From: Trichoplax adhaerens
Taxonomy: Eukaryota > Animalia > Placozoa
Direction of reading: 5' to 3'
Length of the DNA stretch: 64,000 nucleotides
Assembly (NCBI RefSeq): GCF_000150275.1
Contig: NW_002060947.1
Span: 7,673,880 to 7,737,879 of the forward strand
Made by a program: the position numbers and the translations under genes. Below, in pieces: positions 42,401 to 56,517 of this stretch. Numbering within the stretch: the stretch's first letter is position 1; every line of letters starts with the position of its first letter. A model generated the notes under the pieces. That model had not been told where the DNA came from. It saw only the letters and a program-made list of their open reading frames with translations, and made no database searches.

Positions 42401-45400
42401 TATAAGCTTTAATTTTTTTCCCCATCTGATTATGTTTCCATCCGATTATAGTGGTATAATGCCAAGAAAATTCAGCTTAATAGCACTGATCCTGTATTTA
42501 TATGCAATGATCGTTTCCAACGTAGCGTTAATGCCAACATTAGTGCAATCCAAGTTCCAACCAATGTCTACGACGGCGGTAAGCAATTCACTAACATAAT
42601 AACAGTTTTAAGAGTAGTGTAAGCGTAAATAGTACATTTTGTAGTATTTTATATACCAGAATTACTGTACTTCTTGTCGCATAGCTTAACAAAGCTCTCA
42701 ATTAAGATATTGATGTTGTTTCAAGAAATCATTCGATCAAGTGCACTTTGATATGATGAATGGCAACATGTTAATGTCGTATTCACTTAAATAAATGATG
42801 TCTAGGCGTGAACGTATTAAATGCAATCGAATGGTCAAACGCTGTTGATGCACAGTTTAATAAAAATTATTACTCGGATAAAACAATCAAGTGGCAATAC
42901 TTTGGTAGTGCTACTGGTTTCTTTCGATTGCACCCAGGTCAGCATCCATCTAGTTTGGCGTACTAATTTCCGTTTTGAAAGAAATTGATATCACGTTTAA
43001 ACCATCATTATGCTATAGGAGCCATTTGGAGAGATTATAACTCCAACGGACAAGACTTATACGATTGCCGGAAAAGGCCATGGTAAGCTATAGCTTTCTG
43101 ATTTCAAAATGAACACTCTAATCTGAGCCATAAGGAAATATTGTTAATTAATCTACTATTGTTATATCACTTACGCTCAAATTACCAATATCAGATGGAT
43201 GATCTGAAGTTCAATTTTAATACTAAATTTCAAGCTATAAAACATTTTTTTTTAATAGGTACATTAGCAGCTCAAGCACGGCAAAAGACGTAGTCATTTT
43301 ACTAGATGTGTAAGTAGGACAGCAAATTACTGATTTATATATACTGTACTATTGTAAAACTAATTAACACAGAAACTAAAATGATTGTTATCGGAATGAC
43401 TGTGTGGGATTATATGCCGTAATATAGGAGTGGCAGTATGCACGGAATGCCGTTGGATATTGCTAAAATAAGCATACAGAGCTTAATTCGAACGTTTGGA
43501 GAAAATGATTTCTTAAACATTGTCTTCGTAAGTTGAATTATAGAATTAAAATTTGATGTTTACGCAAGTGTCAAATTGGATCAAGTTTTTGATTCTGATT
43601 TTGGAGTATTAATCGCTAATTATAAAGGCTGCATATTTCGGACAAGCGGTAAATGTAATAGTATTAAAGAGGATTATAAATTGATGTGATTTTAGCTTAA
43701 TCGAATGCGTTTAATCATTAAGTAAAATAATTTACTGGTTGCTTTTTTAAATTATGCTGTAGCTATGGCTTAAAAAAATTCTTTCATCATAGAACAGATT
43801 AGCATTATTCATAGTCCACCGGATTTATTTTATGAGAAAATATACTGTACATAATTAATTATATCTCCTTTCTGAGAATTATATATTACCACTTTTATTC
43901 GATCGGATCACCAATCCCGCAGAATATTGGAAAATATACATATTTATGCTTCCTTTCTCAAATTTCTTGTAACAAGTAGCCTTGTCTCTTTTCCGATATT
44001 TTACAGTTTAACAAAGACATTAATTTGTCCATTCCGTGCTTTAAAGATGTTGTGCAAACTTCTGAATCTCACAAATACGTAAGTTTATACTTGAAAGTCA
44101 GCGATGATGCTAAAATAAGATGCTAGTATTGCCTATGTAATCGATATCAATGATAGCAAAAATATACCGAGAATGAGTTTACATTTAAAGCCGACAAGCG
44201 AAATGAATCTACGTCGTCAATAAAGACTTACATTTGCAGAATAACTATTTCGCTATGAAACACTCTCATTACAATTTTCTTGGCCGCCATCAGAGCTGTT
44301 ATAATACCCGCTATAACTTGATACATATCACCTGATCATTTAGAAGTTTTTGAATTCTAACTCTATTTGAGAAAGTAATTTATCCTTAATCCAATTAGGT
44401 TTTCGGTAGAGCATTGGCAGCAAATATTCTAGACGGTGGCATAGCTGATTTTAGTAAAGCATATGACTATGCTTTTCAAATGTTACAAAGGGTAATTTAA
44501 CTTCTGCAGTAAGATATTTAATCACGGCTGAGTTGTATGTATAATAAGTGTACTCTGCAATTAGAGCTTATAACTGACTTATTATTACAAAAATTGGGAA
44601 TCTGTACCTTCTCAGCTTTGTACTTTATTTATGATTCTATTTTATTCCAATATCATATTATGATTGCTAATTATTTTACTTATTAGTTGCTTTTGCAGAG
44701 TGTGATTAGTTACAGTTAACATCACGTAGCTTAATGTCTTATTTGTCATATGGAAAGCATTTCACTGAAATAGTGGTTATTGTATTAATTCTAGAGCAAT
44801 TCAAATGTTGTCATAAAAATATCTTTAAAAATTTCCGTTCATAATCTTTATACTGCAGTCGAGGTCAAAACAGGAACAAAAACGATGCCACCAACTCATC
44901 ATGGTGTTTTCTGACGGAACAGAAGAGAGGCCAAAAGCTGTATTTGATAAATATAATGCTGATAAACAGGTTACTGTACATTAATGAAATCAATATATTT
45001 GCCGTATATAGCTTCTACTTTGATCGCACGATTAATTTTCTCATATGCTATAGTAGTCTAATGAAGATTCTTGCTAATAAAATGCTTTGAAAACATTTTT
45101 GATTAAAACATTCTTTTCTGCTTTAGATCAGTGTCATTACTTATGGAATAGGCACAGTTACGTCACGTTTTGAAGCTTTACGCTGGATGGCCTGCTATAA
45201 CAAAGGTATTCGTTATAACTCTTCAATATGATAGCTCTTTTACCCTTTATACGTGGTTAAAATAATGTCAGTGACAGCTTTCGATGTCCTATCAATCTAA
45301 TTACGTAATAATTATTCAGGCAAGTTCATTCGAATCTCAAACGTTGGAGCTATTCCGGATAACATTCAGGTTTTTAATGGCTTATATTATTTATCCATTA

Positions 45401-48400
45401 TTATTATTACTTTTCATGTAATACTTATACAGTGTTGAATAATTGCAAAAGAAAATGATATTAGTACATTATATATCGATATAGATGTAGAAAAATTACC
45501 CTTTTGGCCTTCCGTACGTAGTTATTTAATTTCTGCATCGATATTGACTGTATCTCTTCATTCACTTTCAACTTAGAAATATTTAACAATTTTAAGTAAT
45601 CCAACAGCTTTAACGAAGGAAAATTATTTCACATGGAGTCCTGTCTATACCGACGTTTCTGTATGTTTATTATCAATTAATAAAGAGATAGTTTCTCCTA
45701 TAAGTCATAAATATCTCATCAGTCAAAAAGGTCTAATTACATTATTAATACTTGTTGTCAATGCTATTCTAATAGGGACTTGGGTTACTAACAACCGTAG
45801 CAGCTCCTGTTTTCTTTCGACCGAATGTCTCAACGGTATTTTTAAATTTTGATTTAATAGGCCAGTGTATCGATTTACTGTCTAGGCTATAAACCTAAAC
45901 TTCTTCACAGCCTTTTAATAACACAGCCTATGATAGTAAATAGTAGAGTTTTTACCTTAAACGCTATATAATCTATGCTTAACGGATTTTCTTAACCACT
46001 CATTTAGTATAACCAATCCGAGAATTACTTACTCGGAGTGATGGGATCCGATGTGCCCTTACGTGATGTTAATGCTACTATACCATATAATTTGGTAAAT
46101 TATCGCATATTTAATTCAACTAGTGCTCAAAGTATCGCTTATTTTGATAGATTTACCAGATTTGATGAATAATTCAACTTATAATATTAAATTAGCTGGG
46201 TTCTAATAGTTACTGCTTTGGAGTTGATAATAACGGGCGCATATTCTTTCATCCCATTATTGGTGAACAGGTAAAGTATTCTTGAAATAAGACTCAAAGG
46301 AAATGATTGCATTGTTAGCTTGCGATATTTAAGCTCTTCATGTACACTAATTATATAAAACATCTAATCTCTGTCAAAATTTATGCAATTAAATCGAATT
46401 AGAGAGGCTACTTAAGCGATCCTCCTGATTTGCAAATGCATGATTTAGAAATTGTTCATGGAAACATTTTGGTAAATCAGCTAATGCTTTGTATTGATAG
46501 AATGTGTGTAGTCTAAGAATTGGTATCATAGATATGATATAAATTCCCGTATATCTACTTTCTAACTTTTTTCTAATATTCAAATACCAACTAGGTCCAG
46601 AATGTTACTGCAGGCGGTAAAGTAGTGGAGTTTAAAATTCGATATAACGAACAGGTTAGACGAGCAATTATTACAAACAGAAATTATAAATAAGATAGCA
46701 ATAACTTCTACTATTAGTTGAGAATAAAATATTAATCGACATTACTACTAAATTATTCATTATAGCTACGTAAGAATATGCTTTCAAGATTAACTGGTAT
46801 GATGTATGTGACGACTACTGTCCACTTATCTAACAGTGTAAGAAATAGCAAACTAGTGAAATAATTAAGTGTGCTATAGGCTATATATTTTGGCATTAAT
46901 TTGCCTACTTGTTTTATTTACATTGAAATAGAAACGTGTTATGTACATGGAAAGGCAATATCATTATGGTCCGGTCTTGAATGATTCATTTAGGTAAATT
47001 TATCAGCAAAGATATTCAGTTACTGATATTGCTGTGTTACGAAATTTACTCCGGTAATTAAGTAATATGAAGTAGTTAAAATCGGTATTAGCATCCTTAT
47101 GTTATGGGCTTAAGCAATTCTTATATTTTCGATGTCAGTTACAATTATCACATTTTTTTTCTGAGCCATTAAAGTCTTGAATTGGCAGTATGCACTTGAT
47201 GCAATTATATTTAGAAAGGCGAACGGGTCATTAAATTGTATTCATATTATGAACGTTAATATGATCAGATTTTTTTCAACTATGTTACGAGTTAAGAGTT
47301 TATTCATTGTTCTATTCTGTATATATATGGATACACATTGGAAGTTATTCGTATCAATAATGATTGATATACGTATATTTTCTACTAATTCTTATATATG
47401 TAGTTCATATACAGAAAGATAATTAAACGAAAGTATAAGTTTAAATAACATAAGCGAATACTACAATTATTTGAGCATGTTTGGGCCTAAGTATCATTTT
47501 GACCAAATTCTGTTTAGCATTAGCAGTTAAATTTAAATGTGCATAGAAGATTTATTAGTCTTAATACCAATTACAGTAGTTGATATCTATCATTTAATCT
47601 ATGCAAAGTATTCCTTCTGGGCAGTGCGCTAATTTCTTTTTCTCAGCGATATTAATTAAAATGAACCTAAATTACTGGTATTCTTCTAGTTTCGGTACTG
47701 TTCTACCTAAAGAAGGCTGCTTTAACTTTGAAACTGCTCTCACTAATCAAGAGAAAACAGAAGGTTGGAATAATATGTTGTGCAAATAGTCACGGAAAAA
47801 AAGCATAATTAACGTGTATTAATGGACAATTTTTATCTTTCTTCCTTGTCTCTCCTTTATTTGACATAGGTTTAGCTTTGTTAAATAGCAGGACGCGGTC
47901 TCCACTCTTTCTACAAATCTGGTACAATAATTTTTTTCAAATTTTGAGACGACTAGTATTTTAGCCCATTAACTATGATCTAATTTTCACTCATTTAAAG
48001 CTGATTAATTTCTTCATTTATATAGGCGCTATTGTAGTTTATACAGCCAAGATGAAAGTGATATTTTGTTTGTGCAACGACCTACCCTAGAAATTAGTAA
48101 TATTAGCGGCATCATTAATAGAATAAGCGAGCTGGTCTTTTCTCCTAATAATGCCGGATTTGATGAATGTAATTATGATTACAAATTAAATAGAACAAAG
48201 ATGAATACTTCTTGGGATATAGCTGTCATAAGTAGTTCAATTGTCTTAACGAGTCTATTGCAAATTTGAAACTAGCATTAATTTAATAGGCCACTGTTAA
48301 GATGGACAGTAATTTTTATAATAGGAAACCTATTTTACCGTCTTAAGTAGACGAGCATGAATACCTGTATTCAAATAGTCAATTACATTAATGAATTTAT

Positions 48401-51400
48401 CGCTTACGCACTCGTATAGGTTCGAAAGATCTTGCAAATCGGCTCGTTTTGGATGCAATTATACTACAGCAACTAGAAGATTATTGGACTAAAATAGCTA
48501 GAGAACATGCTAAAAGGTTGCGATTATTCCTTGCATTGTCTTGCAATACCAATATTTAATCTGTATATATATAGTCCATAATTCCATAATTCCGGCTGAA
48601 TTTTATCATCATGATTAATATCTTAATTACGATGTAGAAACTACATTTTTCGAACATTTTATGGCTCAAGCAGTGGACTAACTAAACTTTACCAAGGAGG
48701 GTAAGATTTTCTATTCACAACATTACATTCTCATTAATCCGTAGGATGCACTAGAGTAGATACTATAAATGAATAAAACAAGTGAAGTGCTTATCGATAT
48801 TAAATCAATTCTGCAGATCATTTCAGTGCAAGGAGAGCCTATCTGGTGATTGTGCCATTAGGTAAATTAGAAATAGCATAATGAAAAATCTTCTCGGCTT
48901 TAAATGAACTCATTACTTGAAAATAAAAATTACTGATATCTAGAATACAAACAATCGAATTAGACTGATTAACGGCTGATGAATATTTTCTGGCCTAGGA
49001 ATATGTTCATTCCAATATATTCACTAGTATTAAGTAGGATATTATATAACATACAAACTATCAAGGCGTTGCTCTATTTATTTCTAGTGAAGTCCCAAGT
49101 ATCCCTAAGAATACCATTATGGCTGATTATTATCGTTTGGCAGTAGCTCAAATTAATGCTAATTCATTCGTCTATTTGGCCAATTTAGGTAAAATTTACT
49201 ATAGCTGTTAAATAAAAATAGCATTATTCAATAATAAATGAACTTTTGTAATTGATTAAAAAATTAAAAGTAGTGCTATCTTCCCGTAAACAAACATTAT
49301 ATTCGTATAGTTTTATTTTGAGATTGATTAGTATATCCTTATTTCTTCATAAAATTCTTGACTTATAAGTACATACATAAAGTATATATGCATATATCTA
49401 GGTTTTAGAAAATAGAATTAGCTATAAGTACGATGCCAGAAAAAAATGTACGATTACTAAAATGTTACTTCACATGCTTTAAAAAATCTCCGTGATTTAA
49501 ATAAAATTTATGCCTTAAGCGATAGTGAATACTTTCGACTACGGCATTATCTAATATATATCTTCTAATTTTTTAACAGATCGAAGTAGTCTGTCTGTTG
49601 CATCTATTGAAGTAGTCAAAGCCATTTCTTTGGAAGAGGATGCAAATGTTGGAGGTGCGTAAAACTAGCTAAAGTAGAGATGAATTGATATTAATTAATT
49701 TCAAAGAGCTTATAGTTTAAATATCGCTATTTTAGACGCTTAAGAAAATTTTAATTTTGCTTTTCCTTTAGTCGTTGGGTTTCAAATGAATTCGGTCTTG
49801 CTATTCCAAATATTAATAGAGGTTATTCCGGAATGTATTACCAATAACGTAAGCTGAATTATATTATTTACTTTATTAAGCTCAACTTTTACCATTGATA
49901 ACTTATCGTGTTGATCCTTTAAAGCATTCATTATTGTCTAAGTTTAATCTAAGTTATTACTAGATACTCACATTTTTAGCGCAATACCAGTAAATATGAA
50001 TATTTGCTAACAGCAATTGTAAACGTAAACATTTACATGGCCCATAAATGTTATTAGAATGAATAATAATATAGATTTCATTTCCAATTGTAATATTTTC
50101 TTGAGAGTTTTATATTGTTAATATTATCCTCGTATATTTCATTTACGCATATCTTATCAATTTCTACTTCTGATTTCGGTAAATTAACAACTCTCTCCTT
50201 TTTTTACCTCTGATTTCTAGAGTCTACGCTGTTATATCCTGGATCGTAATGGCTACGTTGTTATGTTTGCTCGGAAACGTATGGCATTTCATTCACATAA
50301 AGTTCAAATACCCGTAAGTAAACAAACCTACGACGCTAATCTAATTTAGTTATTAATTTCGAGATGTTTGGGATCGTTTATAATATATTTAAGTAGTTGC
50401 TATCATTTATTTCATGGTATGCTCCATTACAATTCATAAACCGCAAATACGAGAACTACATTATCATGCTCTTAATCATCATTAGGTGCGCGAAGGGAAA
50501 TTTGTAGGAGTTTATGAACCAGCAGTTGTTACAAGTTTGATTGATAAGAAAATAATGACAAGGTTTGTTAACTTGTCTAATAATTTGGTAGCTACATGAA
50601 CTTATATGCTACATTTGTTAATATGGGTGTATCTTAACCTTTTAGTTTTATGAATTTTATGCCAATCTACTATTTAACAACATCTAACGTTTGTTACATA
50701 TACTAATATACTTGAAGATTTATTTTAACCTTAAAGTTGATTAGTATACATGCAGTAAAAAGAGAATAATGCATACGATAATTCCTAGTATATCTTCTGT
50801 AGAGATTTGAAATATCGACAAAAAAATTGCTATGAAAATTAATATTTTCAAGATAAATTCCCGAATCATTAGCTATACGTAATAAAAAAAGTTTGCCTCA
50901 TTTAATATCTCTGCTGTATAACTGAATCTTATCTTTATGTAACTAGAGAGGAATTTGTGACATATAACCAGCTATGTAATGGGCAAAAACCAGTCAATAC
51001 TTATACGATAGCAAGCAGCGCCAGTCAAATACTAACGGTAAGTTTCATCTAATCCTTTTAGAAATTATTTTTCCAAGTTTTTTATTTCTACACTGAAAGT
51101 TTTGACATATAATGCATTATATTCACAGCCATTTCGATTGTCGTTCAAAATTCTAATGGGATGGCTAGCACAGCTATCAACGTAAGTTAATCTCCATAAA
51201 TTGGAATAAAAAGACAATCTGTTATTCGCAAAGCTTCAAATAACTATTATTCAAATCTCTAGGACCATAATTCATTTGGCTGGTGTTTTTCAGTACTGGA
51301 TCTCAAGTACTTCAGGTAAGTTGTATTTTATATTACCCTAGAAGTAGGATAATTTTCTATTAACTTTGACCAATGAAGCGCATCTGCTGTACACTATATA

Positions 51401-52479
51401 TTATTAGGTGTTTGTGATGCTCCACAATCGAAGAATACATCCATCTACACTTGTGCTTTACTTAATAATCTATATATTATCAATCAAAATACTACGACAC
51501 ACAATGGTTAGTAAGTTATGGGTGTTAGTTTCAGTACTAATGTCTAATAAGTAGGCTTTTACGGACTAATTTAACTTATAATTCTTCTGCTTCAGGCACT
51601 GGCATATGCTCATCATGTTCTAGGTAAGATTATACTCTAGTAATCTTTTAGTCAAATTTTCACTTACTGTAAATACTTAAACTGGCAACAGATGATTTAT
51701 ATGTCCATTATATCTTAAAATTAGATATAATTTTAAGATTTGCAAACTATACCGTGCAAGTAGTAAAAAATGCCGAGGGTCTAATAGTATACATTATATC
51801 GGAATTGTAGTAATCATCATTACTGTTTTGCGCTAGGATAGTTTCGGAATATGGACCTTTAATTGATGTATATCACAAAAAACCCATATTATTAGATCTA
51901 TATTTAAATAAAATTCTACTAATGAAATTGCATGTAATTTACACTAGACCATATGTCATCAGCTCAATACCGGATAGCAACCTGTACCTGTTAGTTATTA
52001 ATGACACAGAAACGTGCAATTGTCAGCCAATTGCATTGGAATCTAAACAAAATATCCTTTTATTACTAATGTGGCTTATCGGTGATATCAATTATATCGA
52101 TTCATAAAAATTCTTTGATAGTTTCACTAGCTATAATTTGGAAACAGTGGGCTAACAACTATATAATTAGATTATGATCTTTAACTTAGTGTCACTTTTC
52201 TTCGATCATTGTCAACAGTTACATTTATTCAGAAAGGAACCTTCATATTGTTCAAAAGTTGCTACGGTATACTGTCTTGAAAGAATAAGGCGTTAATAGC
52301 GATCTGATATACATTTTTTTACCTTTAATATACTAAACACTCACTTTTATTACCATTTTTTGCCTTATTTATAGGAATCGCTAGCAACTGCGCAAGTATG
52401 CAATAAAGCAGTAACATCGGCCTCTATCAATATTATCTCAATTTTATTAGCCATTCTCGTACAGCAGATGATGAACTAA
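39415..52479 (+). CDS. CACNA2D: Voltage-gated calcium channel auxiliary subunit alpha2delta (VWA + dCache, GPI-type tail), more than 30 exons
   Basis: Signal exon 39415-39491 (MQLLTATLILFIFSTLGQG), then VEIWALKLSTEL, SAIQVPTNVY, WQYFGSATGFFRLHPG, YDCRKRPWY, MIDAS KDVVILLDVSGS, WSPVYTD, LLGVMGSDVP, YCFGVDNNGRIFFHP, CYILDRNGYVV, IPDSNLYLLV and C-terminal CNKAVTSASINIISILLAIL...*. Paralogue number cannot be assigned. Confidence 0.95.
40325..40780 (+). repeat. Diverged ~270-bp duplication of an exon-like segment inside an alpha2delta intron
   Basis: tagagacaacctattacagtttcttgataac...tccaattcggcagcag (40373-40435) matches tagagacagcctattgcagttttccgatgac...tccaattcgacagcag (40642-40704). Both copies follow a tttag acceptor-like site. 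Confidence 0.75.
52052..52195 (+). other. U12-type AT-AC intron
   Basis: 5' ATATCCTTT, branch-site-like TCTTTAAC at 52178-52185, and 3' AC at 52194-52195. Splicing restores the frame ESKQ-I-FFDHCQQLHLFRKEPSYC, which matches the delta-chain C..R..P..C motif. Confidence 0.88.
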
Positions 52480-53872
52480 CCGAATCGAATGTTATCATGT
52501 CTGTATCAATACCTTTGCTATCGCTTCCGAATGGAAATCATTTATTCTTTATAAATTAACCACAGCAGCGCCTATTTAGTATCGCTGATACAGTATAGCA
52601 TAATTTTCATATTCAATCTTATAAGATATTCATGTTATTCTACCATTTGTAAAAACTTGCAACCATTTCATTGCATAAACTTATTTAATATTGTCATAAA
52701 TTTATCCTGTAGACAGATTTTGTAAATTTTATACTCTTAAATATTTCAATCAATTTTTTTACAGTGCAGATCATACATGATTTAATCATTAATTTAGAGT
52801 TAAAATAAAACTATGTCTTTTGGCCAACAAAAGTAGAGGAATACTGTTCTGGCCTGTAACTTGGGAATTCATAATTCTATATTTGATACCATTTACTAGC
52901 AATACTTTGACACTTTAATTAATTACTAGCCATATTTATACAATTACAAAATTTGTATTATTTATAGTTGGCTATATAATAATTTTAATCCATAAACTGT
53001 ATTAATGCTTTTAACAACTATTAGTACTGAGTAATAAATTGTATTGTATTCCTGTATCTTAAATGCAGTTGCGGCCTGACGATTACTAAATTACTACAAC
53101 AGGATAGGAAAGACAATTTGTCTCAAATGTATAAGATCAAAAGCTAACTTTATTTGAAAATAAGCTTATTTGTATACTATATGACACCGTACGAGATACA
53201 TCAGTAAAATAGTTGTATAATATAATTATTATCTAGATATGGTAGTGATCAGTATATGCTATTTAATTTTAAAACGACAAGTCTCATATTATACATTACT
53301 AGTAGAATTTGAACGGGAATTAAATGTTACACCAAACGTATGCTTAACATTTGAGAGTGAGACTTTAATTTTACGATAGATGCCATGTTGTAACAGTCTT
53401 CTTTCATCACTTATACAATCCAAGAAGGGTATACTTAAATGGTTTCTAGATTGCAATTGTGAACCGAGACATTACAGTAACTTTGTTACATTATTAATGC
53501 TTGCGACATTCATAGGTAAAAAGTAACAGCTATACAAATGTCTTAGGAAACGAGTCAAACAATACAATTTTATTCTTGAAAATCTAATGAAAATGTTCCA
53601 CTAATTTGAGAAAACTTTCGATATATAAAATTACTGATTTTTACCTGATAATCTCTTCAATTTTATTATGCAAAAACTATCAGGCAACTAAAAATTTTGC
53701 AAAGGCATTAATAGTTTTTTAAGGTTCAAACATCTTCCATTGATGTTCATTAAAGGTTTATAGATAGAGAGTTAATATTAATCGATTGAATACTATTACA
53801 CGTATCTTATAGTGTGAATATGAAATACAGTATAGGTGTATTACAATATATACAGTTTAGCTGCTATTGCTA

Positions 53873-56058
53873 TTAGTTAGAAAGTAGCCTGCTTACAGAT
53901 TTTTCTAAAATATCCACCGAACGTCTAACACCATCTGCAATACGCGAATAGAGAACAAATCAGATAAAAAAATTTAGATTAATTAGTATAAAATTGACTT
54001 TGTTACATACCTAAAGTTTTAACAGTCGCTATTTGTTCTTCTGATAAAGCTTCATCAGTTTGCGTCATAAAATCGTTACCCAATTTTTCGTAAGATCCTT
54101 TAATGGTAGCAATACCTTGCAATGTCTAGTTACATACAAGAAAGTATAATAATTTTTTCTCCCAAGCTAAAGTAATGAGACAAATACATATATTTTATGG
54201 ATAATATTTTGCTTACTTGAGAGAAGTGAGCTAATAAGCTATCGACACGTTTCACTACAAGTCCTAGAGCTGCACAAGATGACATCGAAAAGGATTATGA
54301 TTTTAGGCTTACGCTAATCTGAATCGAGCATAAAATTTGACATATAAGTCCATTTACCTGACAATCTTGGCGAGGGCTTTTGGCACCAAGTTTTAATTTC
54401 TGTTTCATAACAGTGGGAGAAACCCGCCATAATTTGAGCTAACGTTGACAAGGTTAACTTAAGCCGGCGCAAAATTGGCCTAATCTTATTCATGTCGTAT
54501 TCACATGGGGAATACTAGCAAGCAAAATAAGCACATGTTAATTATTCATAAGGTTAACACTGAAGTTTAGCTAGCCAAAGTTATTCGTTGTATCTATCTA
54601 TTGCTGCGTACGCTGCTTTTCAAATCAGCAAGCTGATTTTGCCTTTCAACCAGTTGATCAGCGATACTGCTGGCAGAGTCCAACAAATCTTTATAACTAT
54701 AATTGATACAGAGAGATAGGATGATTCGGAACAACTATTATGTTGAGGTATACGAAATGAGGCTGTATATACAAGATTGTAAGAATTTTTTCATGTCAGG
54801 AGGGGTATCAGAATTTGATTTGATCTAAAAATAGCTTACTCTTTTTCCGTTACTGATGCACTTTCACTTCCCCTTGTAATATTAGTTAGATCATAGGGGA
54901 AAAGATTAATATTGGTTAGAAAGACCTGCTGTAAATTTTCTTGATGGCATATTTTATCCATAAGTAAACAATTGCTAGTGAATTTCTTTTCCAGATGACC
55001 GCTATCAATGGCAATTTTTAACATTACTTGAGATCGGGTGATTTGTTGACAATGATTTCCATTTCTTAAGTCAAAATTTTATATACCTTCCCATTTTCTG
55101 ACTCTGATCAATAGCACAAACGACATCGATTAAAGTATTCATAAAGATTTTCTGCTTAGAAGCTGGGCATGTCCCCTACATGATCATGAATTACACCGTG
55201 AGGAAAAGTTTTCTACATTTTCAATTTGCTATCAACGTTGACAGGATTCATAACAGATATCGAGTAATATAATTACCATAGCACAAGCATAGACTTACTT
55301 TAATCAACTCTATATCGTGTGTTGCACATAAGCCCAGAGATGAAGCAATAAACAGCAATGCTTTTTGAATTGAGAAACAACATCAACAATGAATTGGACT
55401 CTTCAAGTATCGTTTCCGACGTCCAAAATTCATTAAGGTACATTTATATTATAATAATTGATAGACTAAGACTGAAGAAGTATCAATCTATATAAAGTAG
55501 AAGAGATGGAATAATATCCTGATATCCCTTATTTTACTAAGAACAACCAACTAATGAGACGCTTACTTTGTAGCCTAGAATCGCCTCGACCAGAAGCTTG
55601 TATTGTTTGGTTATCTAATATTTCTTCAATACTAGGTTCTAATCTAAAAGTAGACAAAAAAATCAATCGTTACGATCATATCATAAGCCGATAATCTAGT
55701 TATTTTCCTCATCATCAAGCCATAAAGGAATAGTATAGCGGTATCCTTAGATGCTCACCTAGCAAACAGCCATTGCAGTAAGCGTATTCTAGCTTCTCCC
55801 GGTTTAAAAATCAACTCGGTCACCCATGATTCGTCGACATCTTCAACATAAGGGCAATCGAGACTCTACACCATCAACGATTACAAATGCTACTGTCATG
55901 ATCATCATATATCACTCCAGCCATATGCGAAATCAATTTCATTTCACTTGTTAGTAACTGTTTACTTTTACTTGGAATACTGCGTTAATATTTTGGTTAA
56001 AATAGCTTAAATGTAATTGTTGTACCTCAAGCCGTTGGACCCACGTCGATCCCGCCAT
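53873..56058 (-). CDS. HAUS7: HAUS augmin-like complex subunit 7, multi-exon
   Basis: The spliced N-terminus MAGSTWVQRLE-SLDCPYVEDVDESWVTELIFKPGEARIRLLQWLFAR matches the HAUS7 CP(F/Y)...ELL..P...R..LL.W pattern. It is followed by ASSLGLCA...LIK, INLFPYDL and coiled-coil exons. The 3' end is approximate. Confidence 0.8.
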
Positions 56059-56517
56059 AACGATTTGAAAGAGTTTCCTTGAAATTGACACCGTACTCAG
56101 AGTACAGTAAGTACAGTACTATGTGTACTGTGACTGTAACTCCGACCTGATAGTAAATCTAGGCATAGTGCTCTTTCAATTCATTGAGTAGCCGACGTAG
56201 ACTAAGGCGACGAAACGGTTTGTGGATGGCTTGCGGAGAATTACAGTACAAAGTGCGTCGGATGGATGGATAGAAATACTATAATCCTTGCAACTACTCT
56301 CGTATCCCAGCTAGCATTTGCAACGGAATCAATTGCAAGATGATGCTGGCTGCAAGCTCTTATATTTTGCAGAATTGATGGGTTAAAACAAGAGATAAAC
56401 TGGGAATAGAAATTATTCAATATCGCAAATATTATTCGTTGGTCATTAGGGGTCATTTTGAATGCTAGTAGCTCTATTTTACTGAGCTAACTCCATCGCT
56501 GGTCAGCTAATATTGCC
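56059..56517. promoter_or_regulatory. Bidirectional promoter region between HAUS7 and FAM185A
   Basis: Head-to-head ATGs with 459 bp between them. A cluster of GTACAGTA/TACTGT motifs lies at 56092-56140. Confidence 0.6.

Noticed and set aside
55741-55749. GTATCCTT U12-like donor (also ATATCCTT at ~49334 and ~57860)
   Set aside because: These are on the wrong strand or not at an exon boundary, and the flanking exons join through ordinary GT-AG introns.
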